DNA of 64,000 nt. It comes from Amoebophrya sp. A120. Its lineage: Eukaryota > Protista > Dinoflagellata. The notes under the pieces are model-generated. The model was not told where the DNA came from. It saw only the letters and a list, made by a program, of their open reading frames with translations, and searched no databases. Both the position numbers and the translations under genes were made by a program. Positions within the stretch are counted from its first letter, which is position 1. The number at the start of each line of letters is the position of its first letter. The stretch is taken from NCBI GenBank assembly GCA_905178155.1, contig CAJINV010000008.1:2170001-2234000 (forward strand), in the 5' to 3' direction. Below, piece by piece: positions 49,401 to 58,400 of this stretch.

Positions 49401-52400
49401 AGAGGGCATGGAGGTGCTTGCCATACTGTGCGGGCAAATGCTTACGCAGCCAGCTCGCGACGGACCTCGGGCGCTGATGGACAGGCTCAAGGCAAAAGCC
49501 GAGCGCCATCGTCGGGATATCGCCACGAACATCGTCGACCGCCTGGCCGACGGCCGGGGGGGTTCGTTTCTATTGGACTTCGTCGGGCAGCTGGTACGGA
49601 GATGGTTCCTGTTTGTTCAAGAATCAGCCTGCCCGGAGACGCTGGGGAGTTCCTGTCTTTTCACGAAGTAGCTCCCAGACGATGCATAGGGCGGGCCACT
49701 TTTTGACTTTTCATTCATTGCAGTGAGTAGGTATGTAGCCCGCGCGCGTCGTTTCTTGATATTCTGAGGAAAGGGAACAGGTGTTGGCTGTCCAGCAGGC
49801 CCCTTGGCATTCCTTCCAGCAGCCACCCAGAATGAAGCATCGAGCGTGGTTGGAAAGACGACCAAGGCGGAAAGACCAGCGAGCGGCTTTCTGCAGATGT
49901 GTCGCAGCGAGGGTCTCGGTGTCCTGGGGAAAAACGCCCCCGCCCCAGAATCAATCCGCTCGCTGCGAGGGGGTCCGCGGCGCCAGTGGCGCTGGGGTGA
50001 TAGTTGTGCCGACTACGTGACGATGATGATGGTGATGCGTGAAGGTTTGTAGTCCGCATCCCAGGACGAGCACGAAGCGCGCCTCGTCGCGTTTCGGCCC
50101 CTATAGTGCTGTAATAAACAGGGGAAGAGGTGGATGGCTTTGGTGTGCGGCTGTCCTTGCGAACCAGCAGGCACAGCACTGACTTACTTTTCTCCGCGGG
50201 GCAGCTGAGTGGGGCAGCGGGGTTCCTGGGCCATGAGCTAGCAAGCGGGGGCGTGCTACGATCGGCTCTGCCACCGTTTGCCATTGCCATCAGATCGACC
50301 ACCTTTGCAGGGAATCGCAAATGAGGGAGTCCTGCGGTCGGCTCGTTCCTCTTTGGGCCTCCCGCCGGCGAAATGCAAGAACAGGAGCCCTCCTGTCGGC
50401 TCTTCTTAGTATTGCAGTTCCCGCGCGCGTATTTGTGAGCATGTCCTTGTCTGGAAGATCGACTGGTTGGGGTTTGAGCTTGCTCTGCAGCGCGTCCTTC
50501 CATGTCGGCGCACGAAGCGACGTCGTATGTAGTGAGGTCGCGCGCGTTGGTTCTGTCCTGGCGCTTTTTTTGCCCGTCAGACAGCAAAACGGCCGGCAGT
50601 TATCAAGCGGCCGGAAGTGTTTTTTGACATAAAAGGTCACCAATTATCAAGCCGCCGGGGCTTTGCCATCAAACAAGCACGGGCCAACTCTATCGATTAC
50701 CGCTTGACAAAACGACGCAAGGGAGCCGGCAAGCAAGGGGGCCGGCAAAAGGGGGGCCCCTCTGAGGCGCCCACCGCCTTGGTTTCTGGTGGCTTGGGGC
50801 GCTCAAAAAGGGGCGCCGACAAAAGTCCAATAATACAACAACCGCGAACCCGCATGCTATTGGCACCATTTTGGCCCACTTTTCGAGGTCGCAAAGCCGG
50901 CCACCAAAGTCGGGCATCTGTAAGGCGGGGAGCGGGCCAAACGCTGCGACTTTTCAACAAAAAAAACCAAAAAACGCGAACGCCGCCAAAAGCCGAAAGC
51001 CAATCCGCATGTTGTGGCCCCCTTTAGGGGGCCAATAGTGCCGGCCCCGGCGGAGGCCCTAGGGCGGCCATAGCGTGTGGGAAAGCGTTGCTTCTCTGGA
51101 GGCAGCAGGGGCGCGGCTTTTCCACAAAAAAAACCAACAAACGCAAATGCCGCCAAAAGCAGCAGGCTTTCAATCCGCCTGCTAGGGGCCCGATTTGGGG
51201 CGCCCAAGGGGCCGACCCTGGCGGGGACCCGAGCGGGGCCACGGCATGCGGGGAAGGCCTTCGGGCTTTGCAGACAGGAAGCGGGCGACTTGTAGCCGTG
51301 ATATCTACCGCCCCCGACACCATGCGGGGCAACGCTTTGGAGGGCGGCAGTAAAAAAAGCCACTGCGGCCTTACTATCTACCCCCGCGGGCGCGGCTATT
51401 ATTGGTGTCTATTATCTATGGCCCTCAGTCGCACTCGCAGCGCGTCGCGCGGAATCCCCTTGATGCATATAGTCCCGCGCCGATTTCTTTTCCCTCGTGC
51501 CGATTTCTCTTCCCTGGCTGCGCGTCAAAAAATGGCTGCGCTGCGCAAGCTTTCAGCTGCCAGACATATTTGTAGTGGTGGTCGGGGATGTTGGTGGAGC
51601 TCCACCGCCAAAGTTTTCAGGAGGCAGGAAAGCGCGCGGAGGAGTATCCGATCCATCTACCAGGTCGCCGGGCTACGTACGTTGGTGTGGGCGCCGATTT
51701 CAGCTGCAGCGGCACCATAGTGCTACGTAGCGCATACCCACCGAACTCAACCTCGAGAGTATTTGGCTCTGTTGTTGGTTTCTCGTGCGCCAGGGCCTCC
51801 CTTCTGTCGTAGTATAGAAATCAATGCGGGAGTATACGTGGCCCGCTCGGCTTTGTTTTTCTTTTTGTGCCGAGTTCGGGCGCTGCAGGTTACTTCCACA
51901 GCGGGAGTGGGTTCCGCGGAAGGTAGTAGCTAGACCACCTGACTTATCTAGTTAGCCCAGCCCTTAAGGCAGAACGAAGACGGGGAGCAGCGCGGGCGTT
52001 TGCTATCCATTCGAGTGCGTAGCTAGCATGGCGCTCCAGCGACTTTGAGGACTTTGGCGCAATATAATTCAATGCACTTACTGACGTCACAGGTTGCGCC
52101 CGAGCTCGGCGCGCTATCGCTCTGCGACTTGCAATACGGTGGGCCGGCGATTGGCGTCATGGATGCGCGCGCGCAAGAAGGCCTCGGTGGCCGCGGCGTT
52201 AAGCACATAACGCGCTATGTGGGCAAGCGGGCATTTGGGCAGTGGGCGGGGCTGCCATCTTATCTTGGCTAAAAACGTACCCACCCCAGCCGCGGCATCA
52301 CAATCATGCAGAGGAAGTGCCAAGTGAAGGCCCAGACACCTGGCGCGGGCCTGTCCGAGAGAGACACAATTCCCGCTCTCGTTTTTGTATGTGTGCGTGT

Positions 52401-55400
52401 AGTTGTAGAAACCCTTACTCTTTTAAGCGCCAGCATTGTCATCAGCACAGGCGGATGGGTATGGGCTCGCGATCTGGATGCATGCAGGCTCACTTGTCAT
52501 GCAGATATCTGAGCTACGAAATGAGGTGGCTAGGTTTTTGTTTAAGATTGATACGTGCTCCACGCATGACATGGGACAGTGAGCAACGCGATTGGGTTTG
52601 GATGGTTGCGAGCAATTTGGCGACAGCGACAGCGCGATCTGCAAACGTGATTCCGCAAACTTGATTTCAAATCTAAACGTGATCCCATAAACGTGATCCG
52701 ACGATAAACGTGATTCCATTAACTTGATTCCAAACGCAAACGTGATTTCAGATTTTGGCTAACTTGATATGGGAGATTTCCGAACACAAGTGCACGCATA
52801 CCGATGTTTCTGCTGCCTCGTGTGGCAACGAGGCGGCCGGGTTTAACTGGTGGCGGTAGGCACAGAAAAGGACCCATCCCCATCCAATTTGTGATTGCAA
52901 AGCATGCATATTCCATTAAATCCTGTGTCTGTGATGCAAAAAATGGATGGGGATCGTGGATTTTGTTCTGTGGATAGGGATGTCGGATTTCCTGGAGGGC
53001 GCCGGCAGTACGTCAGTCGCCTTCGTCTTTTCAACCGCGGTGGTGATGCAACTTTATTCAAGCGGCTGAACAACGGGACCGTGTGGCTGGATCCGCCCAT
53101 TACCGTGGACGAAGAAGATCCGAGCAACTACGGCGACATCGGCAGAGAGCTGTGGGCCCTGCTGGACGGCGGAACGCTGGTCGCGGGGAAAGACTATGTC
53201 CAGTTCGGGACTGTGGCCACTGGGGAGGAGGGCGGCACTTCGATCTTCCTGGACGGCGCGGGCATCGCGACAAAGCAGCCAGTGCGCCGCCTCTATGTGG
53301 CCGCACCGTTTGACCGTGTCCCCACTCCCGGTTCCGCTTACTCTTGCAATAACGATCCAATCCACATTTGTGGAGCCCTGCTGTACGCTCCTGCGTGGAG
53401 CCTGGATGAGTCGACAAGCTATCTACAGCACGCCTGGCACCTCCCGCCCCAGTCGTTCCGCCTTGTCCCGCGGACGATGCTCGAGGCCTCGGCTTCGTCC
53501 CTATTGAATCCCGGGGATGCCAGCGAACGTAGTCCTCTGAATCGAAAGCTGGGCCACGTGGATAGTTGCCAAGGATCCTTAGTCACGGCCACTACCAGTC
53601 TGGGGCAGTGGTGGGAAGTGAGCTTCAAGGACGGGCAACCCCGGCCCATCATGGGCTTCGTTGCGTTCAAGCAGACCCAGAGCAACTACGATAACAACAT
53701 TGACGACGCGCCGATCTACCTCAATGGCACACTAAGAAGTGCCATTCGCAATATGCCCACCCTGCCTCATTGGAACGCCCGAGGTGTTCCAGACTTCCAC
53801 GACGCGGGCACGTGGGTGTCCATTGGCCAGGACGCTTCAAAAATTCGCATATCCGACCCGGCTACCGCGAGGGCTAGCGGACTGAACGGCATCACGCTCT
53901 GTGGGTTTTGGTTGTTCCAAAGCTGTGTGGGGGCAACGTCTTCGGACGCCAACAACTATCGGCTCGAGAGACTAGCAGACCAGGGCGACCCGGCGGTGCG
54001 TCAGAGTTTTGCCTGCACAGAAGAACTCGGGCGGGCTTTCTCAGAGTATGACTACCTACCAGGGGTGAATGGGGAGGACGGAACTCTACCGGGGAACTGG
54101 CCCTGGAGGGAGTGCGTCCAGTGGTGCGCGCAGGAGCCGAAGTGCGGGGGCGTCGACTACGAGTTGGATGGCTGCTCCTACTCCCCAGCTCGCGGAATGT
54201 GCCGTCCCCGTAGAAGCGCCAGCACGCGCGCAGCGCTGGATCCCACCGCGGATGTCGCGCGGGACGCACGGGTTGCCCTGGTCATGACGGACGGCTGCCG
54301 TAGGAGTCTCATGCCCGCACGTCCGCTCCGCTTCGTCAGTAAGACCGACTTGACCACGTTTTTGCTGAACAATAAAGGTGGCTATCACCTTACCAGCACA
54401 CCCCGCATCGACCGCTCTGCCAACGCGGAGTACGGCTCGTGCGCGGCGGCCAGTTCGGGCCTGTATGACGCTTCGGGCCCAGACAACCCCGACTACTCCT
54501 CGCGGGGCTTCTGCAATCGATACAGCCACGGAGAAACCAGCACCGATATCCTGCAGCTCGAGGTGCAGTCCACGGACACCGCGGGCAACGATGTCAGTGG
54601 TATGTACGTCGCGGGGGTGGTATCAACTGCAAATATGTCTTGCTCGTCTAGAAGGGTTGAACTTGTGATGCTGTCTTTGGATGCTAAACCTTAGAAATTA
54701 ATGTTGCATGATCAGCAAGAGGAGACCAGTACTAGTTTGTTCCACGCGGAGAGGCCGTTTGTCATGCGGAATAGGCAGCAGAAAGTCCGGAAAAATTATC
54801 TGTGAAGATGCTGGCTCATGCATTACAGGCATCATGGTTGATGCAGAATATGTATGACAAACGCAAACCTGGCAATCTCCCAGACCCAGACATATTAATT
54901 TGCAATGCATAGTTGGTCCTGCAGATGCGGGCGGGGGACACCAACAGGGGAGTGTCGCGCGTGTACGTGCAGTACCTACCAAAGGGCAATCCGCAAATGG
55001 GCGTCTATGTCCCGGGATGCACGCGCAGCGATCCGAGGGGCTCGGCCGTGTGTTTGCACGGCTGGCGGGAGGTGGACAAAGGCGCCTTCCTGGAAACCGG
55101 GATGGACTGCCGCTCCGGAGAGGAGCAGTCGGCCCGTGTCCTCTACTTCGGGGAGCCCGTGTTGGCCAGCTCGATTCGGATCATTGGGAAGAGCCCGGGC
55201 CTGTCACCCTGCGACACCGCAAATGTCGCCTACCGCGCGGAGCTGATTCTTCGCGCCCACGACGGCGTGCGGCAGGTGGGGCGGCGCTTGGAAGCGGGAG
55301 ACGGAAACCTGAAGATACCGGGGGACTTGTCCGTCTTCCCACCTGACTACGACGCTTGTCTGCAGTGGTGCGTGGACCATCCGACCTGCGTGGCGATCTC

Positions 55401-58400
55401 GTTTTACGAACATTACAAGTGTCAGCCCTTCAAGGCTCTGGGGAAGTACCAGGGGCTGGAGACACGTTTCAGCAGCGTAGTCACCTTCGTCTCGCACAAG
55501 TATCGGGTCAAGGAGCACGGCATGCGGCTCTTCTACAATCTGGGGACTCCAGGGTACCCCATGTGCCCTCCGGAGCTGCTATCCCACAGAGAGCTAGAAT
55601 ATTATCTCACATTTGTTCGTAAAAATAAATGTGAACTCACAGTTGTAGTTGAAAAATTTCCCATAGGGTATCCGTGTGTTTGCTGCTGCATATCCAAATA
55701 GTATGCTAGTGTGCTAGCTCCTTTCTGTGCGATAGCCGCTTGGTTTGCCAATAGCGGACGAGGATCATTGCGAAGAAGCGATACATATCCTCACAAAAAA
55801 CGTCCCCACCGAGATTTGTATCAGTAGCTGGAACACCTACACCAACACTTGTAATGCGCATCCCCATGAGAGGGAGAGGGAGAGGTATCTCTCTGGTCGT
55901 GCTTCGTTTGGCATTCTTTGTAATCGCTGTTGTAACTAAAACTACAGGAACAGGATAAGCAGTGACCCGCACCTTGCTGTCCGTGCTAACCTGCACTACG
56001 ATGCTCACAGATAGAAACTGTTGATGCGTCACTTCCAACACTTCTGGCTCTGTGTTGCGAAATTCCTATCGTGACTATGTCGAGGGGGCGGCTTTCCACA
56101 GGATAGTACACTTTATCCAATACCTCCGGGTGGAGCAGCGGAAAGGTCAAGCCCGTCGCTATCAACAGGAAAAATCCGCCCTCCCCATATCAAAGTGGCA
56201 ATGAATCTGTGTTGCGGGATTTGTCTACACAAATCAGCTTTGTCTTTCAGTAGAGGACTGCAGGCAGATGCAGAGCCTAGAAGGGGCAGGCTAGACGTGG
56301 GCGCTCAGCTGCATGGCAGACGTCTCGTCTGCCCTGTAGTTGGCGCAAAAGCATTACCAATCGCCTGCGTCAAGCGGCCGACGCTCTGGCTTTGCTCTCC
56401 TGCAAGACAAACCAACCTGACTTGTGGCCACAAATCAGCATCACAAATTTTCAAAAGGATGCCTGTTCGATATGGGGAGGGGGGATTTTTCCTCACAATA
56501 GTCGCTCCGATGTGCTGGGTCACTTCGCTTACCAGCAGCCGCTCTCTTCCAACCCGGAAGGACCGGGGCCCAGCGCCTCGTGCAGGGACGCAGCAGGGGG
56601 CTGGAGTGAAGTTCCGTTCGGTTGCAGCGTGTCCAGAAAACCAGTGAATGTCGGGCGGCCACACTTCCGGGGTGGCACCCACACGGGCGGCGCACCCACT
56701 AATGAGATGTTTCTGGATCCGCGCTTATCAAAATGAAAAATCCCCCCTCCCCATACTAAAACGGAGACTTGTGTAGCATGATTGGTGACCACAAATCATG
56801 TCGTCACGCTAGAAGGCAAAAGATGCGGACTGTTGTGCTGGCTGGCGTGGGAACGCCTTGCATCTTCAGCATAAAAACAGGAGGCACCTGGAAGTGGGAA
56901 ACAGCATGACAAACTGCCTGCAATTCAGGCCGCAACTGCGTCTCGTGGCCTTCTAGGAATACAAGTCGATTTGTATCCGCAAATCCAGCATCAGAAATTT
57001 CCTTTCCGATATGGGGAGGGGGGATTTTTCCTCGCAATAGCGCTGCCACCGCCTGCCTTATCAGGTGCTGTGTGTAAAGCGCGTGTACGTTGATTACTCC
57101 CTGTACCGAGTGCGAACCCTATCAAAAGGAAAAATGCCCCTACCCCATATTGAAACGGCGATTTGTGTAGGATGATTTGTGACAACAAGTCATGTTGTCA
57201 TGCTAGAAGGCAAAAGAAGCGGACTGCAGTGCTGGGTGGCGTAGGGAAGCTTTGCGTCCTCAGCATGACACCAGGAAGCAACTGGAATAAATGGGAAACA
57301 GCTTGACAAACCGCCTGCAATTAAGGCCGCACCTGCGTCTCTTGGCCTTCTAGCAATACAAGCCGTACGCAAATGCAGCATCTAAGGACTGACCCCTAGC
57401 AATACAAGCCGTATTGGTTGAGGACTGACCCCTTCGTTCTAAGTGCCGTCAGCCATGGTATCCGCAAATGCAGCATCACAAACGTCTTTTTCAATATGGG
57501 TCGGGGGAAAAATTTTTCTTCGCAATAAACCAAAATAACCGGGGAGCCCGTCCGTTGTTACCGTGGTGCGGAGCGTGAGCAGCGCATCAGCAAGATTGAG
57601 TGCAAGGAGGTCGGCTTGGGCATGGCGTTGACGGCGCCTCTATTCTTGCCGTACTTGCGCGACCCATACCAAGGCGACCCACACGGTCTCGGTGGGCGAG
57701 AGCATTTTAAATGGGGAGCTGCAATGGAAGAGGGGGACTCAACTTCTGCCGGTTGCCAAACCGGGAGCTCAGGATGGTGCAGTGTCCCCGCCGGATGCTC
57801 ATTGTCGGACACCAGTGGCCACGTCCACTGGAACAGTGCTAAGTTCGACGAGGCCTGTTGTGCAGTGGGGTACAATTTGATTTGCGGCACTCGGCAAACA
57901 CCACCGCTGCCCTATCAAGAGGAAAAATTCCCCCTCCCCATATCGAAACGAAGTTTCTGATGCTGGATTTCCGTACACAAATCAGATTTGTCCTGCAGTA
58001 GAGGACTGCGGGCATATGTCAAGCCTCGGTCGAGAGGTTTTGACGTAGGCGCCTAGCATGGCAAACGTGTATGCTCTAAGCCCAACAGCATCACAAACCG
58101 CCTGCAAAATGCAGGGGGCTCTCTGGACTTGCCTTCTTGCAAGACAGACAAGATTTGAGGTCACAAATGTGCATCACAAATTTTCAGACGGATGCGTTTT
58201 CAATATGGGGAGGGGGAATTTTTCTTTACGATATGCCCCCGCCCCGGCGGATCCATCCCAAGTTCGAGCGCGATCGATTGTTTTTTACCCGCACCTATCA
58301 AATGTAAAAATGTCTGGGTCTGGAAAGATGCAACTTGTGATGCTGCATTTGGATTCCAGAAAAATCTGTATTGCAGGAGTACCAAAAGGAATGTAATTTT

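Larger units (their letters stand above)
44903..52769. mobile_element. Giant (about 7.8 kb) TIR-bounded intron
   Basis: Left array (GAATCAAGTT)n from about 44973 is inverted relative to the right array (AACGTGATTC)n ending GCTAACTTGATA at 52769; TSD TGGCA (44898) / TGGGA. Join gives TTEWQISEHKCTHTD, matching TATEWFGGYCAYTDD near 28820. Left boundary ambiguous (44903 vs 44973). Confidence 0.65.

Noticed and set aside
49800-52270. Possible LINE endonuclease remnants (VVVGD, TLAQYN)
   Set aside because: The motifs are too short and out of expected order to support a call without a profile search.
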